DNA of 63,650 nt, counting the filler. It is 4 parts of 4 records of this genome, joined end to end, with 100 filler letters (N's around TTAATTAATTAA, not from the genome) between each part and the next. Parts side by side here need not be neighbours in the genome. Positions count along the whole stretch, not along the records: positions 1 to 14,819 come from SRR20825006_1184; 3 more parts are not named here. One strand, 5' to 3'. The translations under genes were made by a program, and so were the position numbers. Positions 1 to 8,827 of the stretch are shown here, one piece after another; position 1 is the stretch's first letter, and each line of letters begins with the position of its first letter. Under the pieces are notes generated by a model that searched no databases, was not told where the DNA came from, and saw only the letters and a list, made by a program, of their open reading frames with translations.

Positions 1-1200
1 CACGTCCTTGCCGGTCATCTCGAAATGCACACCACCGGGAATGGTGCCATGATCACGGTGCACGGCAAAGAACTCCTGCACCTCGGCCAGAACCATATCA
101 AACGGGCGGGTTTTATATCCGCTGTCAGATTTGATCGTGTTGCCATGCATCGGGTCACAGGACCACACCACCTTGGCACCTTCGGCTTTGACCGTCTCGA
201 TGAGACGCGGCAGATGGTCCGCGACTTTGCCCGCCCCAAACCGCGCGATTAGGGTCAAACGGCCCGCCTCGTTTTCCGGGTTCAGCTTAGACATCAAGAC
301 CTTAAGGTCTTCGGCGGTGGTAGTGGGGCCACATTTCAACCCGATCGGGTTTTGCACACCGCGGCAGAATTCCACATGCGCACCGTCCGGCTGACGGGTC
401 CGATCACCGATCCAGATCATGTGACCCGAGCCCGCAATCGTTGCCCCCGTGGTGCTGTCCACACGGGTCAGCGCCTCTTCATATTCCAACAAAAGCGCCT
501 CATGCGAGGTGTAGAAATCCACCGTATGCAGGTCGTGATTGTTCTCGGATGTGATCCCCGCCGCCTTCATGAAATCCAGGGAATCTTGGATGCGATTGGC
601 CATATCGCGGTATTTCTCGGCTTCGTCGGCCTCCGTGAAGCCCAGAGTCCAAGCATGCACCCGGTGAATATCGGCAAACCCGCCTTTGGAAAAGGCGCGC
701 AGCAGGTTCAGCGAAGCGGCGGCTTGGGTGTAGGCCTGCAACATCCGGTTCGGATCGGGGATGCGCGCTTCGGGTGTGAAGTCAAAGCCGTTGATGATGT
801 CACCGCGGTAGCTCGGCAATTCGACGCCATTGGACGTTTCTGTCGCGGCCGAGCGCGGCTTGGCAAATTGCCCCGCCATGCGACCGACCTTGATCACCGG
901 CACTTTCGCGCCAAAGGTCAGCACCATCGCCATTTGCAACATGACTTTGAACGTGTCGCGAATCTGATCGCCGCCAAATTCGGCAAAGCTTTCGGCGCAA
1001 TCGCCGCCCTGCAACAAAAACGCCTCGCCGCGAGAGGCTTTCGCCAGATCGCGTTTCAGTGTGCGCGCCTCCCCCGCAAAAACGAGCGGCGGATATTTGG
1101 CAAGCTGAGCCTCAACAGCATTCAGCGCGGCCTCGTCCGTATAGTCGGGCATTTGCACACGCGGTTTGTTGCGCCATGCGGTTTTCACCCAATCCGTCAT
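1..1200 (-). CDS. Class II 3-deoxy-D-arabino-heptulosonate 7-phosphate (DAHP) synthase, 3' end runs off the window
   Basis: Manual minus-strand translation from ATG at 1200 gives [20 protein letters not shown]...[11 protein letters not shown]...[12 protein letters not shown]...[14 protein letters not shown]...[11 protein letters not shown], which are class II DAHP synthase motifs. Missing from the ORF track because the window contains no stop codon. Confidence 0.93.
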   Translation of the reverse strand, partial: MTDWVKTAWRNKPRVQMPDYTDEAALNAVEAQLAKYPPLVFAGEARTLKRDLAKASRGEAFLLQGGDCAESFAEFGGDQIRDTFKVMLQMAMVLTFGAKVPVIKVGRMAGQFAKPRSAATETSNGVELPSYRGDIINGFDFTPEARIPDPNRMLQAYTQAAASLNLLRAFSKGGFADIHRVHAWTLGFTEADEAEKYRDMANRIQDSLDFMKAAGITSENNHDLHTVDFYTSHEALLLEYEEALTRVDSTTGATIAGSGHMIWIGDRTRQPDGAHVEFCRGVQNPIGLKCGPTTTAEDLKVLMSKLNPENEAGRLTLIARFGAGKVADHLPRLIETVKAEGAKVVWSCDPMHGNTIKSDSGYKTRPFDMVLAEVQEFFAVHRDHGTIPGGVHFEMTGKDV

Positions 1201-1611
1201 CGTTTTTACTCCAGGTGGTGCCTGCGCGACTTTGCGCAGGGGCAATTTCATCCTCCAACGCGCGCGGGCCCTGTTAGCGCCCACAGCGTTTGAGCTTTAT
1301 AAACTTTCTGGCCTGTGGATGGAAACCAAAAACGACAGGATTTTATGCGTCATTCTGCGGCTGTTGGTCAAAAAACAGGCAACGTACCCCAGCAGGGCTA
1401 CGGCATTTGGGGTGACAACAGCGCAATGAGTCGCCTTATCTCCCGCCTTTCCCCTAAATCCTTGCCAAAAGCGGACGATTTTTTCGCGACATCACGTCTT
1501 TTTGGGCATTGGCTTGATTTCTGATCCTCAAACCCAACGGCATATCTTTCCAATTGGTAAAAGCCGTTCTAGTCTTCGCCCCAGACTACGAAAAAACAGG
1601 GAGTATACCAT

Positions 1612-2799
1612 ATGAAGAAGCTGCTTTTGGCGTCCACCGCCGCCACCCTTTTCTCCGGCCTTTTCTCCGCTGCGGCCTTCGCAGAAGAGGTCAAGGTCGG
1701 CGTGATCCTTGGCTACACGGGCCCGATTGAATCGCTGACCCCCGACATGGCCGCAAGTGCGGAATTGGCCTTTAAAGAAATCAGCGACAGCGGGATGTTT
1801 CTGGACGGTTCGACCATCACCCCCGTGCGCGCCGACAGCACCTGTGTGGACGCCGCCGCGGCTTCTGCGGCTGCCGAGCGTTTGATCACCTCTGACGGTA
1901 TCGTGGCCATCATGGGTGCGGATTGTTCCGGCGTGACCGGCGCGGTCTTGTCCAACGTGGCTGTGCCGAATGGCGTGGTGATGATCTCTCCCTCTGCCAC
2001 CTCGCCGGGTCTGACCACGGTCGAAGACAATGACCTGTTCTTCCGCACCTCGCCGTCTGACGCGCGCCAAGGCGCTGTTTTGGCAGATGTTTTGGAAGAA
2101 AAAGGCATCACATCGGTGGCGGTGACCTACACCAACTCCGATTACGGCAAAGGCCTCTCCGATGCGTTCGCGGCCTCTTATGATGGCGAAATCACCATCA
2201 ACACCTCGCATGAAGACGGCAAAGCCGACTATTCCGCCGAAATCGCCGCACTGGCCTCTGCTGGTGGCGAAATGCTTGTCGTGTTGGGCTATGTCGACCA
2301 AGGCGGCAAAGGCATCATCCAAGCCTCCGCTGACACCGGCGCGTTTGACATGTTCCTTTTGGGCGACGGCATGTACGGCGACAGCCTGATCGCGGATCTG
2401 GGTGACGTGGTCGAAGGCTCCATCGGGATCGTGCCATGGGCCGAAGGTGCGGGCACCGACGCATTCAACGCTTTGGGTGAAGCGGCGGGCATCAACGTCT
2501 CCTCCGCTTACACCCGCGAATCCTATGACGCGGGCGCTTTGATCGCTTTGGCCATGGCCAAAGGCGGTGCGGCAACCAAAGAAGCCGTGGCGGCCAACGT
2601 CTTGGACGTGGCCAACGCACCGGGCGAGCCGATCTTGCCGGGCGAATTGGACAAGGCGCTCAAAATCCTCTCCGAGGGTGGCGACATCAACTATGTCGGC
2701 GCAACCAATGTGGAATTGATCGGACCGGGCGAGGCCGCTGGCTCCTACCGCTATTACACGATCAAAGACGGCGGGTTTGAAACCGTTTCGATCCGCTAA
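1612..2799 (+). CDS. Branched-chain amino acid (Liv/Leu-Ile-Val type) ABC transporter substrate-binding protein
   Basis: Signal peptide, ISPSATSP and FFRTSPSD motifs, GGAG RBS; first gene of a livGFHM-like cluster. Confidence 0.9.
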   Translation: MKKLLLASTAATLFSGLFSAAAFAEEVKVGVILGYTGPIESLTPDMAASAELAFKEISDSGMFLDGSTITPVRADSTCVDAAAASAAAERLITSDGIVAIMGADCSGVTGAVLSNVAVPNGVVMISPSATSPGLTTVEDNDLFFRTSPSDARQGAVLADVLEEKGITSVAVTYTNSDYGKGLSDAFAASYDGEITINTSHEDGKADYSAEIAALASAGGEMLVVLGYVDQGGKGIIQASADTGAFDMFLLGDGMYGDSLIADLGDVVEGSIGIVPWAEGAGTDAFNALGEAAGINVSSAYTRESYDAGALIALAMAKGGAATKEAVAANVLDVANAPGEPILPGELDKALKILSEGGDINYVGATNVELIGPGEAAGSYRYYTIKDGGFETVSIR

Positions 2800-2906
2800 A
2801 CGCAACATCTGATATGGCCCGGAGATCTGTCACTTGACGCTCCGGGCCATATTTCTTATCCGGTCCCATTCGCTTAACAGCCGGATCAAAAACGGGGATA
2901 CACCAT

Positions 2907-3692
2907 ATGATCGAAGTGCGTGATCTGCACATGCATTTCGGCGGTTTTCGTGCAGTGGACGGGGCTTCGCTTACGCTTGAGCAAGGCACGATCACCGGGC
3001 TCATCGGGCCCAATGGCGCGGGAAAAACGTCGCTTTTCAATTGCATCGCCGGGGTTTTGACCCCCACCTCTGGACAGGTTTTGTTTGACGGTGAGGACAT
3101 CACCGGGCTCAAACCGCACCACCTTTTTGCCAAGGGCATTTTGCGCACGTTCCAGATCGCGCATGAGTTCTCAAGCATGACGGTGCGCGAGAACCTGATG
3201 ATGGTGCCTGCGGGGCAAACCGGCGAGACGCTGGTCAATGCGTGGTTTAAGCGCAAACAGATCGCCGCCGAGGAACGCGCCCTGCGCGAAAAGGCCGATG
3301 AAGTCCTTGAGTTTCTGACCATTTCCCATATCGCGGATTTGAAAGCAGGCGAGATTTCCGGCGGTCAGAAAAAGCTTTTGGAGCTGGGCCGCACGATGAT
3401 GGTCGATGCCAAAATGGTGTTTCTCGATGAGGTCGGCGCGGGCGTCAACCGTACGCTGTTGTACACCATTGGCGATGCGATCAAACGGCTCAACGTGGAG
3501 CGCGGTTATACATTTTGCATGATTGAGCACGACATGGAGTTCATCAAACAGCTTTGCGATCCTGTCATTGTGATGGCCGAGGGTAAAGTGATGGCGACGG
3601 GCACGGCGAGCGAGATCATGAGCGATGAGGCGGTGATCGAGGCCTATTTGGGCACCGGCGTGAAAAACAAGAAACCGGAGGGCGCGCAATGA
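2907..3692 (+). CDS. livG: ABC transporter ATP-binding protein, LivG type
   Basis: Walker A GPNGAGKT, ISGGQ signature, IEHDM, C-terminal VIEAYLG. Confidence 0.9.
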   Translation: MIEVRDLHMHFGGFRAVDGASLTLEQGTITGLIGPNGAGKTSLFNCIAGVLTPTSGQVLFDGEDITGLKPHHLFAKGILRTFQIAHEFSSMTVRENLMMVPAGQTGETLVNAWFKRKQIAAEERALREKADEVLEFLTISHIADLKAGEISGGQKKLLELGRTMMVDAKMVFLDEVGAGVNRTLLYTIGDAIKRLNVERGYTFCMIEHDMEFIKQLCDPVIVMAEGKVMATGTASEIMSDEAVIEAYLGTGVKNKKPEGAQ

Positions 3693-4396
3693 CATTCCTC
3701 CACGCAAGCGAGATGCGCGGCGGCTACGGCTCCGGCGCGGATATTCTGCACGGCTGTACCCTGACCGTGCAAAAAGGCGAGATTGCCGTCATCGTTGGCC
3801 CTAATGGCGCGGGCAAATCCACCGCAATGAAGGCGGTGTTTGGCATGTTGAACCTGCGCGAGGGCCATGTGCATCTGGGCGGCGAAGACATCACCCAATT
3901 GTCCCCCCAAGAGCGCGTCTACAAAGGCATGGGCTTTGTGCCACAGACCCACAATATTTTCCCGACCATGACGGTGCGCGAGAATTTGGAAATGGGCGCG
4001 TTCATTCGCAATGATGACATCGAAGAGACGATTGAACAGGTCTATGAGCTGTTTCCGGCGGTGAAAGACAAGCGCAACCAGAACGCAGGCGAACTCTCTG
4101 GTGGTCAACGCCAACAGGTCGCTGTCGGTCGCGCGCTGATGACCCAACCGAAATTGTTGATGCTGGATGAACCGACCGCAGGTGTCTCGCCCATCGTGAT
4201 GGACGAGCTGTTTGATCGGATCATCGAGGTCGCCCGCACCGGGATTTCCATCCTCATGGTCGAACAAAACGCCCGCCAAGCGCTTGAAATCGCGGACAAA
4301 GGCTATGTCCTTGTCCAAGGCGCCAATGCTTATACCGACACGGGGGCCGCCCTTTTGGCCAACCCCGAAGTCCGCCGCACATTCTTGGGGGGCTAA
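3689..4396 (+). CDS. livF: ABC transporter ATP-binding protein, LivF type
   Basis: GPNGAGKS, LSGGQRQ, LDEPT, VEQNA; ATGA overlap with the upstream gene. Confidence 0.9.
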   Translation: MTFLHASEMRGGYGSGADILHGCTLTVQKGEIAVIVGPNGAGKSTAMKAVFGMLNLREGHVHLGGEDITQLSPQERVYKGMGFVPQTHNIFPTMTVRENLEMGAFIRNDDIEETIEQVYELFPAVKDKRNQNAGELSGGQRQQVAVGRALMTQPKLLMLDEPTAGVSPIVMDELFDRIIEVARTGISILMVEQNARQALEIADKGYVLVQGANAYTDTGAALLANPEVRRTFLGG

Positions 4397-4399
4397 CAG

Positions 4400-5410
4400 A
4401 TGGATATCCTCAACGCCCTCGTGGCCTTCGCCAATTTTGTCCTTATCCCTGCCACAGCTTACGGCGCGCAGCTTGCGCTGGGGGCTTTGGGCGTGACGCT
4501 GATCTACGGCGTGCTGCGGTTCTCAAACTTTGCCCATGGCGAAACCATGTCCTTTGGCGCGATGGTGGTTGTGCTGGTCACGGCGCTGTTCCAAAGCTGG
4601 GGCATTTCTCTTGGGCCGCTGCCAACCGCCCTTCTCGCCCTGCCCTTTGGCATAGCGGTCACGGCGCTGTTGCTTTTGACCACCGACCGCGTGGTCTACA
4701 AGTTCTACCGTAAAGTCAAAGCCGCCCCGGTCATGTTGGTGATCGTCTCCACCGGGGTGATGTTTGTCATGAACGGCGTCGTGCGCATGGTCGTGGGCAC
4801 AGAAGACCGCCGCTTTGCCGATGGCGCACGCTTCTTGGTAAATGCCCGCGATTTCAAGGCCTGGTCGGGCTTGGACGAAGGTCTTGCGATCAAAACCACC
4901 CAAGTGATCACCGTCGTCGTCGCCCTGATCACTGTGGCCGCGTTGTTTTGGTTTTTGAACAAAACCCGCACCGGGAAATCCATGCGCGCCTTCTCGGATA
5001 ACGAAGATTTGGCGCTTTTGTCGGGCATCAACCCGGAGCGCGTGGTGACGATCACATGGCTCTTGGTCGCAGCTCTCGCCACCATCGCGGGTGCGCTTTA
5101 CGGTTTGGACAAATCGTTCAAACCCTTTATTTATCAACAGCTTCTCTTGCCGGTCTTCGCCGCCGCCATCGTCGGTGGCATCGGCAATCCACTGGGCGCG
5201 ATTGCGGGCGGGTTTGTCATTGCCTTTTCCGAGGTGACCCTGACCTACGCCTTCAAAAAGGTGATCACCTATCTCAGCCCGGACAGTTGGAGCCCAGACG
5301 GTTTGGTGCAGCTTCTGTCGACAGATTACAAATTCGCCGTCTCCTTCGCCATCCTGATCATCGTGCTGTTGTTCAAACCCACGGGTCTCTTTAAGGGGCA
5401 ATCGATATGA
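4400..5410 (+). CDS. livH: Branched-chain amino acid ABC permease, LivH type
   Basis: LGVTLIYGVLRFSNFAHGE, TRTGKSMRA...LSGIN, GGIGNP motifs; hydrophobic. Confidence 0.9.
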   Translation: MDILNALVAFANFVLIPATAYGAQLALGALGVTLIYGVLRFSNFAHGETMSFGAMVVVLVTALFQSWGISLGPLPTALLALPFGIAVTALLLLTTDRVVYKFYRKVKAAPVMLVIVSTGVMFVMNGVVRMVVGTEDRRFADGARFLVNARDFKAWSGLDEGLAIKTTQVITVVVALITVAALFWFLNKTRTGKSMRAFSDNEDLALLSGINPERVVTITWLLVAALATIAGALYGLDKSFKPFIYQQLLLPVFAAAIVGGIGNPLGAIAGGFVIAFSEVTLTYAFKKVITYLSPDSWSPDGLVQLLSTDYKFAVSFAILIIVLLFKPTGLFKGQSI

Positions 5411-6723
5411 CAAAACCCGACATGAAAAAATCGAGAGCACCCCAGTATTTCTTGGCGATGGCGCTGCTGATCTCGGCGGTTGGCCTGTTGCAATCGTGGA
5501 ACTCCGCGCTGTCCATCCTCAACATGGGGCTGATCTCGGCGATCATGGCCTTGGGGGTGAACCTGCAATGGGGCTATGCGGGGCTGTTTAACGTCGGCGT
5601 CATGGGCTTTGTCGCCTTGGGTGGCTTGGCCGTTGTGCTGACCTCGATGCCCCCGGTCCCGGCCGCGTGGTCTGCGGGCGGCGGACGCATCGTCGCCGCG
5701 CTTGTGGTCGGTGTCGCGATCATCGCGGGTGCTGCCGTGTTGTGGAAAAAGATGCCAAAGGGCCGGACGCGCGGTTTGGTTTTGACCGCCTTTTTGGTGG
5801 CTGGTTTCTTCCTGTTCCGCTTCCTGTTGGACCCGGCGGTTGCCGCGATTGAAGCGGTTGATCCGGCGGTCTCCGGCTATCTTGGCGGGCTGGGCTTGCC
5901 TGTCATGCTGGCCTGGCCTGTGGGCGGGATCTTGGCGGCGGGCGCGGCTTGGCTTGTGGCCAAAACCGCACTGGGACTGCGCTCTGATTATCTGGCCATC
6001 GCCACATTGGGCATCGCCGAGATTATCCTTGCGGTGATGAAAAACGAAGATTGGCTGTCGCGCGGCGTCAAAAACGTCAACGGGTTGCCCCGTCCTGTCC
6101 CGAATGAAATCGACCTGCAAAACGCGCAATGGTTTTTGGACATGATGACCCGGTTCGGCATGGACCCAACCACAGGCTCGTCGATTTTCGTCAAACTTCT
6201 CTATGCCTTGCTGTTTCTGGCCGTGATCATTCTGATCGTCACGGCAATGGAATTGGCGCTCAAAAGCCCCTGGGGGCGGATGATGCGCGCGATCCGTGAC
6301 AACGAGGTCGCCGCCGAAGCCATGGGCAAAAACGTCACCGGGAGGCACTTGCAAATCTTCGTGCTGGGGGCCGCGATCATCGGCGTTGCGGGCGCGATGA
6401 TGACCACGCTCGACGGTCAGCTCACCCCCACCACCTACCAACCGCTGCGCTACACCTTCCTCGTTTGGGTCATGGTGATTGTCGGCGGATCGGGCAACAA
6501 TTGGGGCGCGGTTTTGGGCGGCATGTTGATTTGGTTCCTGTGGATCGAGGTCGAGCCAATTGGTGCATGGATCGTTAATGTGATCACCTCGGGTATGGAC
6601 GATGGCTCGGCGTTTAAGGCTGGATTGATCGAACGCGTGGCCTATATGCGCTATTTGACCATGGGCGTGATCCTTTTGGTCGTGCTGCGGTTTTCACCGC
6701 GCGGGTTGTTGCCAGAAAAATAG
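5407..6723 (+). CDS. livM: Branched-chain amino acid ABC permease, LivM type
   Basis: NLQWGYAGLFNVG, LRSDYLAIATLG, SPWGRMMRAIRDNE motifs. Confidence 0.9.
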   Translation: MTKPDMKKSRAPQYFLAMALLISAVGLLQSWNSALSILNMGLISAIMALGVNLQWGYAGLFNVGVMGFVALGGLAVVLTSMPPVPAAWSAGGGRIVAALVVGVAIIAGAAVLWKKMPKGRTRGLVLTAFLVAGFFLFRFLLDPAVAAIEAVDPAVSGYLGGLGLPVMLAWPVGGILAAGAAWLVAKTALGLRSDYLAIATLGIAEIILAVMKNEDWLSRGVKNVNGLPRPVPNEIDLQNAQWFLDMMTRFGMDPTTGSSIFVKLLYALLFLAVIILIVTAMELALKSPWGRMMRAIRDNEVAAEAMGKNVTGRHLQIFVLGAAIIGVAGAMMTTLDGQLTPTTYQPLRYTFLVWVMVIVGGSGNNWGAVLGGMLIWFLWIEVEPIGAWIVNVITSGMDDGSAFKAGLIERVAYMRYLTMGVILLVVLRFSPRGLLPEK

Positions 6724-6746
6724 GTCGGCCAAAATAGGGGCTCAAA

Positions 6747-7334
6747 ATGCGCTTGCTTGCGGGACTTTGTGCGGCTGGGAATTCATCTCGGATGGGGTTT
6801 GACAAGCTGTCGACCCCGCCGTCCCTACATGCCCCCGACACGCTTTTGCGCCGGGCCATCACGGCGGCGAAGGGTCATGATATTTTGGTCGCTTTGCCGC
6901 CCGACTCCCATCCGTATTTTAACGCGCGCCGGGCGATCTTGCGCCCGAGCGATGATTTTATCTGTGTGGAACAGGCCAATGAGGGCCTGTCCGCCACGCT
7001 CAAATCTCTGGCCCAAGCGGCGATTTCGGGTGGCTATAACGGGTTGATAGTGATGCTGGCCGATCTGCCCTTTATCACCGCTGCGCATTTGGAAACCTTG
7101 GTTGTGCTCTTTGAAACCTTTGAGGGTACGCAGATTGTGCGCGCGATGAGCCAAAGCGGGCGCGATGGTCATCCGGTGATCTTTCCGACGTCCCTTTTGC
7201 CCAAATTTGAGGCCCTCACGGGCGATCATGGCGCGCAGGATTTGATTGCAAAATACGGTGCCAAACGGGTGGAAATGCCGTCCGAGGCGGCGACTTGGGA
7301 CATGAATACGCTGGAAGATTGGCGTCAGATGTGA
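6747..7334 (+). CDS. MobA/MocA-like nucleotidyltransferase (NTP_transf_3)
   Basis: AAGNSSRMGFDKL, LADLP, GHPVIF, GDHGA and DMNT motifs, typical of the molybdenum cofactor cytidylyltransferase family. Confidence 0.82.
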   Translation: MRLLAGLCAAGNSSRMGFDKLSTPPSLHAPDTLLRRAITAAKGHDILVALPPDSHPYFNARRAILRPSDDFICVEQANEGLSATLKSLAQAAISGGYNGLIVMLADLPFITAAHLETLVVLFETFEGTQIVRAMSQSGRDGHPVIFPTSLLPKFEALTGDHGAQDLIAKYGAKRVEMPSEAATWDMNTLEDWRQM

Positions 7335-7372
7335 GGTCTGGCGCAGTTTTTTTAAATCAATTTGGCCCCCCA

Positions 7373-8623
7373 ATGACCTTTCGCCCGCTCCATCGCTTTA
7401 TCCTCGCCAGTGGCCTGACCAATTTGGCCGATGGCATTGCGACGGTGGCTTGGGCTTGGCTCGCGTCACTGTTGACCCGTGATCCGGTCTGGATCGCCTT
7501 GGTGCCCGTGGCCCTGCGCTTGCCTTGGGCGCTCTGTGCCATTCCGGCGGGGATCATCACCGATCGCGCCGATCGGCGGGTGTTGATTTTACAGATGGAC
7601 GCACTGCGCGCGCTGGCATTTTTGGCGGTGGGCGTGGCGATTGTCTTCGCCCTCCCCCTTGCGCCCGCACCCGTCAACGGCATCTCCAACCTTTGGCTGT
7701 TCTGTGCGCTTCTGTGCGGGGCCAGCGTGGTCGGTGTCGCCGAAGTGTTTCGCGACAATGCGGCCCAAACCATGTTGCCGACGCTCGTGCCACATGCCGA
7801 ACTTGAAACCGCAAACGGCCGACTTTGGAGTGTGGAACTGATTGGCAATGCGTTGATTGGGCCAGCTTTGGGCGCGATGTTGATTGGCTTTGCCCTGCCC
7901 GCGCCGTTTCTTTTGAATGCGATCAGCTATTTTGCCGCCATTTTTCTTATGTTGAGGATCAAGGGAGCGTTTCGCGCGGCGGGCACGCGCGCCCGCGATT
8001 GGCGCGCGGAGTTCAAAGAAGGCGTGGCCTTTTTGCGCGCCGCCCCGCTGTTGCGCACGCTTGCGTGGATCACCGGGTTTTGGAATTTGCTGTTTCATAT
8101 GATGATGATTGCGCTGGTGCTGCATGTTCAGGACAACCTGGGCTTAAACGCACAGGTTTACGGGCTGATTTTGGCCTCGGGGGCCGTGGGCGGCATCTTG
8201 GGCGGGTGGCTTGGAGGTCCGATCATCCGCCTGTTTGGGCCAAGCCGGTCGGCACAATTGGCGTTGTTGGCCTCTGCCCCGATCTTTCTCGCCATCGCAT
8301 ACGTGCCCGGTCCGGTGAGTTTGGGTCTGACATTGGCACTCTTTGAATTTTTCGGACTGATTTGGAACACGGTCTCCGTGTCCTATCGACAGCGCGCCAT
8401 TCCTGACGCGCTTTTGGGCCGGGTCAACAGTCTCTATCGGTTGTTCGCCTGGGGCATGATGCCGATTGGGCTGATTTTGTCGGGATTGATTGCGCGTGGC
8501 GTGCAGAGCGTTGTGGCCCGTGACACGGCTGTCATGATGCCGATTTTGGTCGCCGCTCTGGGCGCGTTTATGCTTGCTTTTGTCGGATGGAAAGCGCTCG
8601 GGCGTGGTTTTGGTGCGGAGTGA
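7373..8623 (+). CDS. MFS transporter (EntS/MFS_3-like)
   Basis: About 12 hydrophobic segments, GIITDRADRR motif A, LLGRVNS. Start chosen at ATG 7373. Confidence 0.85.
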   Translation: MTFRPLHRFILASGLTNLADGIATVAWAWLASLLTRDPVWIALVPVALRLPWALCAIPAGIITDRADRRVLILQMDALRALAFLAVGVAIVFALPLAPAPVNGISNLWLFCALLCGASVVGVAEVFRDNAAQTMLPTLVPHAELETANGRLWSVELIGNALIGPALGAMLIGFALPAPFLLNAISYFAAIFLMLRIKGAFRAAGTRARDWRAEFKEGVAFLRAAPLLRTLAWITGFWNLLFHMMMIALVLHVQDNLGLNAQVYGLILASGAVGGILGGWLGGPIIRLFGPSRSAQLALLASAPIFLAIAYVPGPVSLGLTLALFEFFGLIWNTVSVSYRQRAIPDALLGRVNSLYRLFAWGMMPIGLILSGLIARGVQSVVARDTAVMMPILVAALGAFMLAFVGWKALGRGFGAE

Positions 8624-8692
8624 GGCCGTGAAACCGGAAAAGCGTTGATGTGATACGCAAGACAACGCAGATCAGCCAAGGCTATAGATAAT

Positions 8693-8772
8693 CCTCTGGT
8701 GGCCCAGCCCCTGTGGCCACCGAGGTTCCCGGCGCAGGTGAACGTGTCACCAACGCCGGGAGAGCGTTTTTT
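8693..8772 (+). ncRNA. Candidate small RNA (two hairpins plus U-tract)
   Basis: Hairpins at 8693-8725 and 8726-8762, T6 at 8767-8772, and TATAGA at 8683-8688 just upstream. No known family recognised. Confidence 0.3.
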
Positions 8773-8817
8773 AAGCGTCACGCCTTTCCCCTGCCTCAGG
8801 TTAAAGGCGTGACGCTT
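8773..8817. terminator. Long perfect hairpin between the convergent MFS and Hint genes
   Basis: AAGCGTCACGCCTTT (8773-8787) / AAAGGCGTGACGCTT (8803-8817), a 15-bp perfect inverted repeat. Confidence 0.6.
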
Positions 8818-8827
8818 TAAATTTGGA

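Noticed and set aside
352-1293. 313-aa plus-strand ORF
   Set aside because: Antisense shadow of the DAHP synthase gene on the minus strand.
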